Positions 23,402 through 33,760 of a stretch of 64,000 nt of DNA are shown piece after piece (within the stretch, counting starts at the first letter, position 1; every line of letters starts with the position of its first letter). Both the position numbers and the translations under genes were made by a program. The DNA comes from an uncultured virus (IMG/VR IMGVR_UViG_3300047352_000567) (lineage: Duplodnaviria > Heunggongvirae > Uroviricota > Caudoviricetes): the IMG/VR virus record IMGVR_UViG_3300047352_000567. One strand, 5' to 3'. The notes beneath the pieces are model-generated. The model was given only the letters and a program-made list of their open reading frames with translations, had not been told where the DNA came from and ran no database searches.

Positions 23402-26400
23402 TATGCTGCTCCATAGGGGCTAAGAATACCTCCAGGACGTTTTTGTCTCTGTAGTTCCTCTTGTACAGCCATTGAAATAACTTTACCTAATTTAGCCCCC
23501 TGCCCCGGCTGAGCTGAGGCATCACTTTGAGCATTTCCTTGATTATCAATATTTACTGTGATGCCAATATTATTGCTCATTGCTCCTCCACGCATTTCGA
23601 CAGGAATCTTATTTCCATCCGGTAAAGGTACAACTGCTTCATTACCATGTAACATTGCGGGGTATCCTGCCTGTGGGCCTCTTGCAATTCCTCCAGTAGA
23701 ATATCCACCTGTTATTCCTCCATATCTAAAAGGTAAGAAAGATAAAATAGAAGAAAGAAAGCCACCATCCCCTCCAATACCCCCAAGCAATCCTTCGAAT
23801 AAAGCACTAAAGCCGTCTGCACCACTCATAAGAGTTTTTCCTAATTTTGTTAAAAAGCCCCCTTCCGCTTGTTTATCGAAAATTGCACCGAAGTCATCTA
23901 AGAATGGTCGAAAAATACCTATTTTCGTTGCTCCAACAACCGCCTCATCCATACCACCTGGATTATGTACGGAACCCTCATACCCGGCTCCGCCTTTACC
24001 AAATAAATAGTTCATAAAACCACCCTTTTTTGGAGTAGCAGATGTACCACTTGCCAAGGCTCCTTGAGCACCTCCTGGGCTAGCATTGCTAGTGGGCGTA
24101 CTTGTATAGGTTCCACCGCTTGACTCTATAATTGCTTTCTTGAAAAACTCTGATCCTATTTGAGAAGCATCTACTATTGCTTTATGTTGAATTTGTGCAC
24201 CCGCTTCTATACCTTCTACAACTTTCTCTTTCATCAGCTCTTCTGGCGATTTAATACCAAATAATCCAGACATTATTTTAGTTGTAAACTGTTTTGCAAG
24301 AGTATCCGCAATAGCATTTCCTATGCCCTGAGCAATTCCTAAAATAGCATCTTTTATGCTATTCTCCTGCCCTTTAATTATAGCAGCTATCTTTGATTGT
24401 AAACCAGTTTCAAGTGCTTGAGCAGCACTATCCTGAATCTGCTTCATTTCATCTTTCTGACGTCTTAATAGCTCTAACTGAGTTTCAGATCTTTGAATAG
24501 CTATATTTTGTCTTTCGAGTTCTCTTTCTTTTTCTCCATTTATTCTTTGTGCAATGTCGAAGCGTTCTTGTTCTGCGTTGTTACCTTCTTGCACCAGTGA
24601 AAGCTCTTGGTCCAGTTTAGCCGGTGTCGCGTCTATAATATTCTGCTGGGCTTGCCGGGCAAGAAGTATGTTCTTTTGCTCTTTAAGAATCGCAGCCGAT
24701 AGTTTAATTTCTTGCTGAACTAATCTTGTTTTTCCAATGCTTAATTGTTTTTCAGCATTATCAATCGCAGACGTTAGTCGCAATTCTTGTTGTTTTTGCT
24801 CATTTATTCTTGTTAGTAAACTTATTTGATCTTCTATTAATTTTTTTCTTGTTACTTCTTTCTCTAGAAGTTTTCCTGTCTCTTTATCTATCACGTCTAT
24901 TAAGCTAGCTTCTAATTTTAATCCTCTAATTGCTGAATCAAATTCGTTCTCAGGCAAAAACTTTGAAAATATCTTTGAAACTGCTTGTATGTTTTTTGTT
25001 TGCTCAACAGTAAAAGAGTTAATTGCATTATTTAAGAGTAAGAACCTTTCTCTTGCTATGTCTAATCCTTCAGGGTTTTTACCTGTTTTATTTAACTCTT
25101 CTAAGGCTGCTCTATACTGCTTAACGGCCGGTGTGGATTTTAAATACTCATTAGTGGTATTATTTAAAAAGTCTAATTGTGCTTTTAACTGAGTAGCCAA
25201 CTCTTTTGCAATGGGACTAGACTTTTCATTTTGTATAACAAAGTCAAAGTAAGTCTTATTATACTTACTTAAAATGGCTTCGCGCTCTGCTTCTTCTCTG
25301 GCTAAATCTCTCTGCGCCTTAATATTATTGTTATCAACCTTTAGTTTATTTTTAGATACTTTTATATTAAAATTTATAAGTTCGAGGCGTTTGCTCTCGC
25401 GTCGAGTTAAATTTGCAATCTGATTAGTGTACTCAGCAAGACTACCGCCCGCATCTTTAAACATATTCGCATCTACGGTGCTCTCTAGAGACTCTACAGG
25501 AATATTAGCAACTCTAGCTCCAAAAGCAGTTATAGCTTGTAAGCCTCTTTCAAGAGATGAATTTATTGCTTCTTGTCGCTCTGCAAAGGCTTCATTTTCT
25601 TTATTTATATTTTCAAGAGTTCTTAATAGTTCGTCAGCTTTTACACTTGTTTTTGTAACTTCTTCTTTTGTTCGAAAAAATGAAAAAGCTAAACTTCCAA
25701 CAAGAGCGACGGTGGATGCAATCGAAAGAAAAGAAAATAGACCAGCAATTGCAGCACCCGCCACTCTTGCGCCTACAGCAACTTTTGTAAATGCTTTTGA
25801 AGCGCTTACACCTAGACTTACAAAACGTACTTTAGTTTTATTTATGCCCGCAGCTGTGTCGGCTGCCATTTTACCAGCAACTCTTTTATTATTTACTTCC
25901 ATTTCAGTGAGAACTGAAAGTAATTCTTTTTTCCTTTTCTTATTTAATTTTGAATAAAGTCCACCTTGTTTATTTAAGCTTCTTTTTAAATTTCTTATTT
26001 GATTATTTTCTAACTGCCCTGAGTCTCGTAGCGTACTAATAAGGCTATTTTTTCTCAGTTTTGTTTCGCTTGCTATCTGAGATGCAACCGCTTTTCCTCT
26101 CTGAGAGATTGCTTTTTTTGCTTCTTTGGGGTCTAATGACTTCCTTTGTTGTACAGCAAACTCCTCTTGTTTTTGAGTCAAGGAATCATACATTTCCTCT
26201 GCCCTAAGAGTTACACTATCAAGTTTATCACCAAGATTATCTAGCTGCGGGAGAGCTGCTTTTGCTATTTGAGCAGTAAATGGAGCAAAGGCGAGTGCTA
26301 TGAGTGCAGGAAATTGCGTAAGAGTAGTAGCGATTGGTCCAGCAAGCTCGACTGCCAATCCTCTAACTTGATTTATTAAGTCATCAAAGGCTTTTCCAAG

Positions 26401-27162
26401 TTTAGCAAACTCATTAGATGCAATAAGCCCAGAATCTGCAATATTTCCAAACTTCTCATCAACCTGAGCAAGAACATCTCGAGTAACGGCTTGACTTCGC
26501 TCAAAAGCTGATAAGTCGTTCGCATTTTTTCCTAGTGCTATTGCATAGTCATTTGTCGCTTTTTCTAGTCGTAAAATAATACCTAACTCATCCAGCAGTT
26601 CAGGCTCTGCTTTTGTTACACCACGAATTAAACGATTGAAGGAGTCTGTAAGATCTCTTCCAAGAGTAACAGAAGTTATTCTTGCTGCAGCACCTAGATC
26701 AACAAGTTGTTGTGCACTTAAACCTGCTGCAGTACCAATTGCAGCAGCTTGAGATGCATCTCTGAAGTTAATTTGAGCATCAGTAGCTGCAACAATATTA
26801 TCAGTCAAAGACTTCATGGAGGTGCCAACAGTTGCAGCATAAGCAACTTGACCTTGCTGGAGCTGCCTCAGCGCGCCCGCCTCTTTTAGAAAGCCAAAAG
26901 CAGCAGTAACAGCAAAAATTTGTGCGGCAAGAGTTGCATAGGCAGGAACAAGACCTCCCGATATGCCGGAAGATAAGTTTGCAAAGTTTTTACCAGCAGA
27001 GCTTGCTGTTTGAGCCATCCCTCGTTGTGCGCGGCCTACACCTTTTGAGCCCTTCTCAGTATCAACCATAGCTTTTTTTAGCTTATTGGCGTTTACTGCA
27101 AGTCTCTCTGTTGTGCCTTTATCATCAACAATGACTTCAATAAATACTGTATTTTTTGCCAT
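23401..27162 (-). CDS. Tape measure protein
   Basis: 1253 aa, helical; KAEPELLDELGI motif; position after chaperones. Confidence 0.9.
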   Translation of the reverse strand: MAKNTVFIEVIVDDKGTTERLAVNANKLKKAMVDTEKGSKGVGRAQRGMAQTASSAGKNFANLSSGISGGLVPAYATLAAQIFAVTAAFGFLKEAGALRQLQQGQVAYAATVGTSMKSLTDNIVAATDAQINFRDASQAAAIGTAAGLSAQQLVDLGAAARITSVTLGRDLTDSFNRLIRGVTKAEPELLDELGIILRLEKATNDYAIALGKNANDLSAFERSQAVTRDVLAQVDEKFGNIADSGLIASNEFAKLGKAFDDLINQVRGLAVELAGPIATTLTQFPALIALAFAPFTAQIAKAALPQLDNLGDKLDSVTLRAEEMYDSLTQKQEEFAVQQRKSLDPKEAKKAISQRGKAVASQIASETKLRKNSLISTLRDSGQLENNQIRNLKRSLNKQGGLYSKLNKKRKKELLSVLTEMEVNNKRVAGKMAADTAAGINKTKVRFVSLGVSASKAFTKVAVGARVAGAAIAGLFSFLSIASTVALVGSLAFSFFRTKEEVTKTSVKADELLRTLENINKENEAFAERQEAINSSLERGLQAITAFGARVANIPVESLESTVDANMFKDAGGSLAEYTNQIANLTRRESKRLELINFNIKVSKNKLKVDNNNIKAQRDLAREEAEREAILSKYNKTYFDFVIQNEKSSPIAKELATQLKAQLDFLNNTTNEYLKSTPAVKQYRAALEELNKTGKNPEGLDIARERFLLLNNAINSFTVEQTKNIQAVSKIFSKFLPENEFDSAIRGLKLEASLIDVIDKETGKLLEKEVTRKKLIEDQISLLTRINEQKQQELRLTSAIDNAEKQLSIGKTRLVQQEIKLSAAILKEQKNILLARQAQQNIIDATPAKLDQELSLVQEGNNAEQERFDIAQRINGEKERELERQNIAIQRSETQLELLRRQKDEMKQIQDSAAQALETGLQSKIAAIIKGQENSIKDAILGIAQGIGNAIADTLAKQFTTKIMSGLFGIKSPEELMKEKVVEGIEAGAQIQHKAIVDASQIGSEFFKKAIIESSGGTYTSTPTSNASPGGAQGALASGTSATPKKGGFMNYLFGKGGAGYEGSVHNPGGMDEAVVGATKIGIFRPFLDDFGAIFDKQAEGGFLTKLGKTLMSGADGFSALFEGLLGGIGGDGGFLSSILSFLPFRYGGITGGYSTGGIARGPQAGYPAMLHGNEAVVPLPDGNKIPVEMRGGAMSNNIGITVNIDNQGNAQSDASAQPGQGAKLGKVISMAVQEELQRQKRPGGILSPYGAA

Positions 27163-27571
27163 TAATTTACTCTAGTGCCTGACTTTGCTCGTCTTTCGGC
27201 TTCTTTTTGCTTTCTTGACAGCTCTTCTGCTCTGTGATTCACAACCATGTTTTCATACATCTTTGCAAAATAAATCACTGTTTTTTTGTTCTCTACTTCA
27301 TACAAATCTAAGATGAAGTTTATCGGGCTCCAGTCTTTGCCTAAATACATTCCTGAAGATCCTTCCCAGCGATCTGATAATAAATCAAGCACAAAAAATG
27401 CCACTTGAACATCCTCTGGGAACGAAGAAGCCTCAAGTGGCATTTTAGTTGGATCTGGTTCTTGTCCGAGTTGTTCGCAAAGTTTTAGATACTTTGAAAC
27501 ATCAAGATTCTGAGTTGACTCTTTTACATATCGTTCAAGTAGCTTTTGAGTTGCTGCTACTTGTTCCCAGT
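27162..27571 (-). CDS. Tail assembly chaperone, -1 frameshift extension (gpGT-like C-terminal part)
   Basis: The -1 frame is open from the slippery heptamer A-AAT-TTT (27578-27572) through MPLEASSF... to the stop at 27162. Confidence 0.75.
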
Positions 27572-27979
27572 AAAATTTTCTAAGTCACCTACTGTTTCTG
27601 TTACCCACGTATCAAAAGAGGTTGCATTCTTCATAAGAAGTTCTGCATTCTCTAAAGTAAAAGGCAACTCTGAATCCGGGTCCAGCTCTCCTATATCTAC
27701 CAAAAGAAGCTCTTCTAGGTAACGATATTTAAGTCCGCTCCAACCCTTTATCACTGCTTTAGTATACTCTACAAGAAACTTATCATCATCAAGCTCTTCT
27801 TCTGCTTGATGAGTCTTTTTATTCCATTTTGTAGTAATACACTTCTTTCGTAGCTTAATTAGCTCCTCTCGTGCTAGGTAGCAGAGATCTACAGACATTC
27901 CCGTGTAGCCAGGAAAATCAATAGTAACAGTTTTACTTGGAGTCATTAAACTCGCTAAAGAAACAGGTGCATCGCTCAT
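27557..27979 (-). CDS. Tail assembly chaperone (gpG-like)
   Basis: Position between tail tube and TMP; slippery site before the stop. Confidence 0.8.
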   Translation of the reverse strand: MSDAPVSLASLMTPSKTVTIDFPGYTGMSVDLCYLAREELIKLRKKCITTKWNKKTHQAEEELDDDKFLVEYTKAVIKGWSGLKYRYLEELLLVDIGELDPDSELPFTLENAELLMKNATSFDTWVTETVGDLENFTGNK

Positions 27980-28019
27980 ATAAAATCCTTTTAAAAATAG
28001 TAGCTTTTTTGAAGATTAT

Positions 28020-28048
28020 ATTATAAGAAAAAAGAGGGGAAATGTCAA
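28020..28048 (-). promoter_or_regulatory. sigma70 promoter TTGACA-17-TATAAT
   Basis: Perfect consensus on the minus strand. Confidence 0.85.
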
Positions 28049-28072
28049 GAATTATTTTTTACATGTAGAAAG

Positions 28073-28097
28073 AAAAAAGGGGCCGAAGCCCCTTTTT
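28073..28097 (-). terminator. Intrinsic terminator after tail tube gene
   Basis: AAAAAAGGGGC-CGAA-GCCCCTTTTT. Confidence 0.85.
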
Positions 28098-28098
28098 A

Positions 28099-29256
28099 TT
28101 AGTCAGGAGTTACTCCTGTGTATTTTAGTGTCATTTCATTTGTGCTTGCAATTGTGGATGGCAATGCTTGAAAGGTTGTTTCTAGTGAAATAACATCTTC
28201 AATAGAGTGACTTGGAATCTCAAAGTGTGCTGTTGGGAAAGTCATATTTAAGGAAGGTGCTGATGCACCCCCAATCTTAAACTCTGTAGCAAAAGAGTTT
28301 ACAACTTTACTTCTAGCAGCCGTTGAGGTTAAATCATTAAAGAAGTCTGTTGATGTTCCTGTATTACTATTAGAATCCAATCCAAGATAACAACTAAAAT
28401 TACCACTAATAGATCTAGCACCAGTAACATGTCCCAAAGGCAAGTTTACAGATCCAATTGTCTCAGGAGTAAGAAACGTCATATTATTTGATACGGTTAC
28501 TGATCCTCCAATTAAAGTAAGAGTATATACACCACTTCCAGAACCCGGGAAAGTTGTAGTATCTCCTGCAGTAATTGTTAGTTGAGTAAGTCTGTTACGA
28601 ATATAATTATTCGTAGAATTAATCGCTTCAAAAACAGTTCGAGTAGGTTTAGCGTCTTCTGTTAGAGTTTTTGCAAAACCTGACCAATTAAGGGTTGCAA
28701 TTCCATCAATATCAAAATCAATGGTTACTTCATTTACAACTGCGTCTGCCATTTTATACACTACGCCATTAGCACCCCCGTCATCAAGAGAGAAAAATAT
28801 ATCTGCTGTGCCCAGAACGGACTTATTAGAGCTAGTAAATGCAATATCTAAGTCTGTAGCATCTGAAGTAAATCCCGTTAAAGCAAATGCTTGGCTTGCT
28901 GAAGGTGCAGTATAAGTTGCATCTCCAACCATCAAAGCCCAAAGTACTTCTTCTACAGCATGATGCGCCTGAGTACCATTCTTCTCGGCATTTCCTGCAG
29001 TATTTGTTCCTGCAGATTTAAAAGGACGAGCATAGGTACTAAAAGACCACTCTACTGGAGCTAGAGAGTCATTAAATACACGACGTCCGCGCTTACTGAC
29101 ACCACTTGAGTCTTCCATTTCTGCAAGAACTACTTCGGTAGAATTATTTGCTTGTGAAAAACTGAATCCATCTAGTAGAGGAATTTCCCATACTGATGAC
29201 CCAATCTTAACGTACATCTTAGTATCTCTACTAAAATATAAAGTATCAACTGCCAT
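28099..29256 (-). CDS. Major tail tube protein (T5 pb6-like)
   Basis: DGFSFSQ, FNDSLAPVEWSFSTY and IDFDIDGIATLNWSG resemble T5 pb6; synteny. Confidence 0.85.
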   Translation of the reverse strand: MAVDTLYFSRDTKMYVKIGSSVWEIPLLDGFSFSQANNSTEVVLAEMEDSSGVSKRGRRVFNDSLAPVEWSFSTYARPFKSAGTNTAGNAEKNGTQAHHAVEEVLWALMVGDATYTAPSASQAFALTGFTSDATDLDIAFTSSNKSVLGTADIFFSLDDGGANGVVYKMADAVVNEVTIDFDIDGIATLNWSGFAKTLTEDAKPTRTVFEAINSTNNYIRNRLTQLTITAGDTTTFPGSGSGVYTLTLIGGSVTVSNNMTFLTPETIGSVNLPLGHVTGARSISGNFSCYLGLDSNSNTGTSTDFFNDLTSTAARSKVVNSFATEFKIGGASAPSLNMTFPTAHFEIPSHSIEDVISLETTFQALPSTIASTNEMTLKYTGVTPD

Positions 29257-29318
29257 AGTTTATCTCCTATGTATCTTGAAAAGACTTGGACGTGAACGTT
29301 TGTTCTTGCCAGTATTTT

Positions 29319-29777
29319 CTAGTATCGAACCTCTATTAGTATTTCTCCAACACCAAGGGGTTCCAGTACTCCTTCATCAGTATCAATACTGACGACTGTT
29401 ATTTGTTGAGTAGTAAAAGCATTGTTTAGTTTATCCACATACTCTAATCGTGAGTTTTCTTCAATAACTGTTTCTACGTCTTCCATTAACCTGTTTAAAG
29501 CATCTTGGGCGTCTTCTTCATTTACATAACAACGAAGCGTTATTACTAAAAATCTATCTTTATACCCACTTGCTTGATACTGTCTGGTTTCGCTTCCAGC
29601 ATTTAAATGCACTGCAGGAAACTCATCAACTTCATCCCAGAACTTCAAAAACGGAAACACTTGATTATTTAAATCTACTAAGTATGCTCCCGCTCCGTTT
29701 ATATCTTTTAACTTTGCTGTTAGAGCCTCTACTATATTAGAGCGTCGCGAAGTATATGTTCTTTCTGTGCTGCTCAC
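29319..29777 (-). CDS. Tail terminator protein
   Basis: T5-like synteny; SIDTDEGVLEPLGVGEI motif. Confidence 0.75.
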   Translation of the reverse strand: MSSTERTYTSRRSNIVEALTAKLKDINGAGAYLVDLNNQVFPFLKFWDEVDEFPAVHLNAGSETRQYQASGYKDRFLVITLRCYVNEEDAQDALNRLMEDVETVIEENSRLEYVDKLNNAFTTQQITVVSIDTDEGVLEPLGVGEILIEVRY

Positions 29778-31111
29778 TAAAGTCTCCTAGTATATAAACG
29801 AGTTGTCACCAATTGTGCCGCTATCTCTCTTATAGATTTATCTATAAGAGATCTTGGGTCTCTTTCAGCACTACTAAATCTAGTACCGCTAGAACTTTCA
29901 AAAACTTGATAAGGATTTTTTTCGTAAGTATACCCTATACTTGCGTATCCTTGTCGAGTAGTAGATACATCTGTAACTCTTACGCTTCCAGCAAAGTTTC
30001 CTGTTCTGTTTTCAAGTCTTGGAAACTTCATATTTTTAATAACAGTTTCTGGCAGCTTTTGATTAAGTAAAGCAAATAAAGTTATACTTGATTGCTTTCT
30101 ATTTTCATTATCAGTAAATTTAACTACACCGGCTTTTATATTATCACTAAAGCCTTTTGCTTTAGATGCTTTACTTTTACGAGTTTTTGTAGCCTTAGAC
30201 TTTTTATTTTCAATTTTTTGTTTTTTAATACTGTTTTTTATTTTTCGACCTTTTATATCTGCAAAACTATTCAGTATCTCAGCTTCTCTTCGCTCTCTAC
30301 TACTCATAGAGCCTTTCAAGTTTGGTACGTCTAATTTCTCTACTATTGCTTGCAGACTTTTATTTATATCACCAGCCGCTTTTCTTTCTTCCTCTCTACC
30401 CCTCTTTTTATTAAGATAGTCACTTTCTAGTGATATATCAATATAGTCTTTTCGTTTTCCTGGCTTTTTCATAACAGAAAAGCCTATATCATGTGATAGC
30501 TCTCTTATAAAAGGAACTACAGAAGGATCTGCCTTAGATGAAAACATAAATAAAGCATTTTGAACTGCTGCTTTTCGTTGAGAAGAAACCGCCGAACCTT
30601 CAGAGTGCCCAATGTTTATAAAAGCTGCTGGATCAATTTCTTCTAACTTATTCTTTCGTGAATTGTTTAGTATTTTTATTTGCTTGTTTAAATTCTGTAC
30701 TAATCTTTTTTGGGCTCGTTGCTTTATTCTTCTAAAATACTGAAAAACTTTTCTTGTACCTTTCCCATCTTTTACACCAATCATTACTGTAAGTTTTTTA
30801 GATGTAGCTTTAAAATTTGAGGTATAGTATACCCGTCTATTACCTTCAAAGTTAGAAGGATGAAGAACTTTTTTGAAATAATCAAATATTAAGTCAACTT
30901 CATCTTCAATAATTTTTTCTATGCTGTTTGGAAGTTTCTTAAATCCTCCTCGTAATAGCATCTCTTGTTTAATTTCTTTTGTTAGAGTTCCTTTCTCTAT
31001 AGTGAGATAATGAGCTTTTGTATCAGAAACTAAACGTCTGTATGCTTCTGAGTTTTTACCCAGCTCTGCATCGAGTCTTTCTAGTAATTGTTTTAAATCT
31101 TTTTGAGCCAT
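29777..31111 (-). CDS. Neck / tail completion protein
   Basis: C-terminal LENRTGNFAGSV...RDPRSLIDKSIREIA; synteny. Confidence 0.65.
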   Translation of the reverse strand: MAQKDLKQLLERLDAELGKNSEAYRRLVSDTKAHYLTIEKGTLTKEIKQEMLLRGGFKKLPNSIEKIIEDEVDLIFDYFKKVLHPSNFEGNRRVYYTSNFKATSKKLTVMIGVKDGKGTRKVFQYFRRIKQRAQKRLVQNLNKQIKILNNSRKNKLEEIDPAAFINIGHSEGSAVSSQRKAAVQNALFMFSSKADPSVVPFIRELSHDIGFSVMKKPGKRKDYIDISLESDYLNKKRGREEERKAAGDINKSLQAIVEKLDVPNLKGSMSSRERREAEILNSFADIKGRKIKNSIKKQKIENKKSKATKTRKSKASKAKGFSDNIKAGVVKFTDNENRKQSSITLFALLNQKLPETVIKNMKFPRLENRTGNFAGSVRVTDVSTTRQGYASIGYTYEKNPYQVFESSSGTRFSSAERDPRSLIDKSIREIAAQLVTTRLYTRRL

Positions 31112-31692
31112 TAGAAGTTTTTATATAAATCAAGAACTCTTTTTATATGATCGGGAAAACTTACAGCATCAGGCAAAGATGTAGTGCCTTGATTTTGTAT
31201 AGTTGCTCCCCCCAGAGTTCTTCTTTCTTTATGCTCGCGTTTAAAGTAGTATGTTACTAAGTCATTTACAGCTAATCTTAAATCTGTAGGAGTACTTGAG
31301 TACCCTGCAGTATACGTTATCTTCACTGCAGCGACACCCCTTGGCCAGTTTTTATAACCAGATCCTGCCACATATAGTACACTGTCCGTCTTTTTATCTA
31401 AGTAATACTCTGTGGTCGGCACGGTGGTATAACTAGCTGTGACAGAATCTCGTTTTTCAACAGAAACAATAGCATTGACTGGACTTTCTGTAAGTTGTAC
31501 AAGATAAGTGCTCCAGTCAATGTTGAATTCCTCTACTTTATTTGTCGAGAAAAAATCTATTATAGAATTACCGCAGTAAGTTTTTACTAATTGACTTATA
31601 GCTGGAATTATAGATTGAAGACGCAGGTCATCTTTAGGGTTAGATAAACCTTCTGCCTCTTTATACTGCGCTAATGTAATTAAATCTGCCAT
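31111..31692 (-). CDS. Head-tail connector / head completion protein
   Basis: KITYTAGY...FPDHIKRVLDLY; directly after capsid. Confidence 0.8.
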   Translation of the reverse strand: MADLITLAQYKEAEGLSNPKDDLRLQSIIPAISQLVKTYCGNSIIDFFSTNKVEEFNIDWSTYLVQLTESPVNAIVSVEKRDSVTASYTTVPTTEYYLDKKTDSVLYVAGSGYKNWPRGVAAVKITYTAGYSSTPTDLRLAVNDLVTYYFKREHKERRTLGGATIQNQGTTSLPDAVSFPDHIKRVLDLYKNF

Positions 31693-31710
31693 AAGTAAAT
31701 TAGTAAAAAC

Positions 31711-31732
31711 TGGGGGAGGTAGGCCTCCCCCG
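31711..31732 (-). terminator. Intrinsic terminator after capsid gene
   Basis: GGGGGAGG...CCTCCCCC hairpin followed by a T-run on the minus strand. Confidence 0.7.
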
Positions 31733-31756
31733 AGTCTCTAGGATATACCTGTAGTA

Positions 31757-33760
31757 TTAAGCTACAGAGTCTATCTTAATTGAAGGTTGATCGGCTGATG
31801 CGCCTGCTACAAGCTCTTCAAAACCAAGTGATTGAGTAGCAACGATTACTCGACGCTGATTCATCACTTCGTAGTCTTGCTCAACTGATACACCACGAAG
31901 ACGTGGCATTACATAGTTACGAGCATATACTGCGAATGCTACTGGAGCGTCGGCTGCTTCTGCAGGAAACTCTTCAGATACCACTACGGGTGAACCGAAT
32001 ACTGCACCCAAGCTACCAGTTACTCGTACGGCCAAGTCGTTGCCAACTTCGTCCAGAGTCTGGAATGCTGAGTCGCTCAACAGATCATAGTACATTGCTT
32101 GGCTAACGATGTATACTACATCAGAGGGGCTCAAGCCGTACTTGCCCATTTGCTTACGAGCAGCCAATAGCTGAGCTGCTGTCATCGTAGCAAAGTTTCC
32201 AGAAGCTACGCTGGCACCATCAGCATCGTGCTTGGCGGTAGCAATTGCAGCGTGTCCGTCAAGACCGCTGATGTTAGAGCCATTACCATTAAGAATAGCA
32301 CTCTCTACTGCACGACCGTGTGCACGAGCAACACCTTCGATAAGCATAGGCATCAAGTTAATGAGTACTTGCTCGTCGACTTCGTTATCCATAAAGGTGC
32401 TTGAAATCAAGCGGTCAGCATTCAAGATAACTTGCTTAGGCTTGTAGGAGTTATCAGATGCGCCACGATTTTCCAAGTTACCAGAAGTAGCATTGGTTGC
32501 AAAAGTTGCAGGCTCAACATCTACAGAGATAGGAAGAACCGTTGCGGCACCATTAACAGGGATTTCGCGGAATAATGCCGCTACTTTCAGCTCATTTTGA
32601 ATTTCTTTCTCGATAAGAGAAGATACTTCTTGGTCGATATCAGCTGCGTTTGCTGTATAGTTAATACCAGCTTTTTCCTGAATATTACGAGCAAAATCAG
32701 TGTCCCAACCCTTACGAGTCATTACACCTAGCATGTGAGCATTCAAGAAGTCTTTGCCCCAAGCAGAGATGTCACTCTTTTCAGCACGATCAGCGAATAC
32801 ACGCTTAGACTCACGCATCTTGGTGATTTCTTCGCTCTTCTCTTCGAGCTCTTTCTTGTACTTAGCAAGAGTTTCTTGCATGTCAGCATTACGGTCATTA
32901 AGACCCTTTTGAACATCCTCAAGAAGGCGCTCAGTGCCTGATTCAATACCAGTAACTACTGCTTGCTTAACTTCTTCCTCTTGCTGAGCCTTAGCTTCTG
33001 CTTCTGCAGCAGCTTTTTCAACAGCTTCTTGTTGTGCCGCTTCTTCAGCAGCTTTAGTTTCGGCTTGCTTCATTGCAATCTTGGCAGCAGTTTCCTCTGC
33101 TACCTTCTTAGCAAATGCTTCCAAGTCGATTTCGGGAGTTTTTACCTCGTCCGACATTTTGATCTCCTTTTGAGCTTGCGCTCCGTCCAGTGTGTCACTA
33201 GCTACCGATAAATTATCATCTTTAGCCAGAGACTGACTGGCTAGATCTACACGATTGGTGAAAGTTTTCTTAAAGTCTTCATACTCTGCTTGAGAGTCAA
33301 AAGACTTCGCCAGAGAAAAAGTAGCTGCTTGATTGCAAGGAACGGATACTACCGAAACTTCAAACAACTCAGCGTCCTTTATCTTATATCCGTCAGTTTC
33401 CGATAAGTAATCAGCATCCTTGACTCGGAAACCAACAGAAAAGGCTCCAAGGACACCGTCTTTAACTAAGTCGCACACAAAATCAGGTGCGGACTTACTA
33501 ATCTTTGCCTCCAGCTCTAGGCCGTTTGGCGTAACTTTTAATCCAGTAGCCCTTCCAATGGGCTTATTATAATCATGATTAAAGAGAATAATAGGATTAG
33601 ACTCAAAATTCTTTAAGCCACCCTTCGTCCATGCATCTGGAGAAATTGTATCTCCTGCACGATCAAAGTCATTAGTGCTGGCCATTCCGCGAATCATCAC
33701 ACTTCCGTCTTCAATTTCGTGTGATTTAAACGTAGAAGTAAGATTAAATATTTTATTCAT
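31757..33760 (-). CDS. HK97-family prohead protease fused to major capsid protein
   Basis: N-terminal ILFNHDYNKPIG, FSVGF and LFEVSVVSVPCN (protease), then a coiled-coil scaffold and HK97-type capsid; internal RBS + ATG at 33157. Confidence 0.9.
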   Translation of the reverse strand: MNKIFNLTSTFKSHEIEDGSVMIRGMASTNDFDRAGDTISPDAWTKGGLKNFESNPIILFNHDYNKPIGRATGLKVTPNGLELEAKISKSAPDFVCDLVKDGVLGAFSVGFRVKDADYLSETDGYKIKDAELFEVSVVSVPCNQAATFSLAKSFDSQAEYEDFKKTFTNRVDLASQSLAKDDNLSVASDTLDGAQAQKEIKMSDEVKTPEIDLEAFAKKVAEETAAKIAMKQAETKAAEEAAQQEAVEKAAAEAEAKAQQEEEVKQAVVTGIESGTERLLEDVQKGLNDRNADMQETLAKYKKELEEKSEEITKMRESKRVFADRAEKSDISAWGKDFLNAHMLGVMTRKGWDTDFARNIQEKAGINYTANAADIDQEVSSLIEKEIQNELKVAALFREIPVNGAATVLPISVDVEPATFATNATSGNLENRGASDNSYKPKQVILNADRLISSTFMDNEVDEQVLINLMPMLIEGVARAHGRAVESAILNGNGSNISGLDGHAAIATAKHDADGASVASGNFATMTAAQLLAARKQMGKYGLSPSDVVYIVSQAMYYDLLSDSAFQTLDEVGNDLAVRVTGSLGAVFGSPVVVSEEFPAEAADAPVAFAVYARNYVMPRLRGVSVEQDYEVMNQRRVIVATQSLGFEELVAGASADQPSIKIDSVA

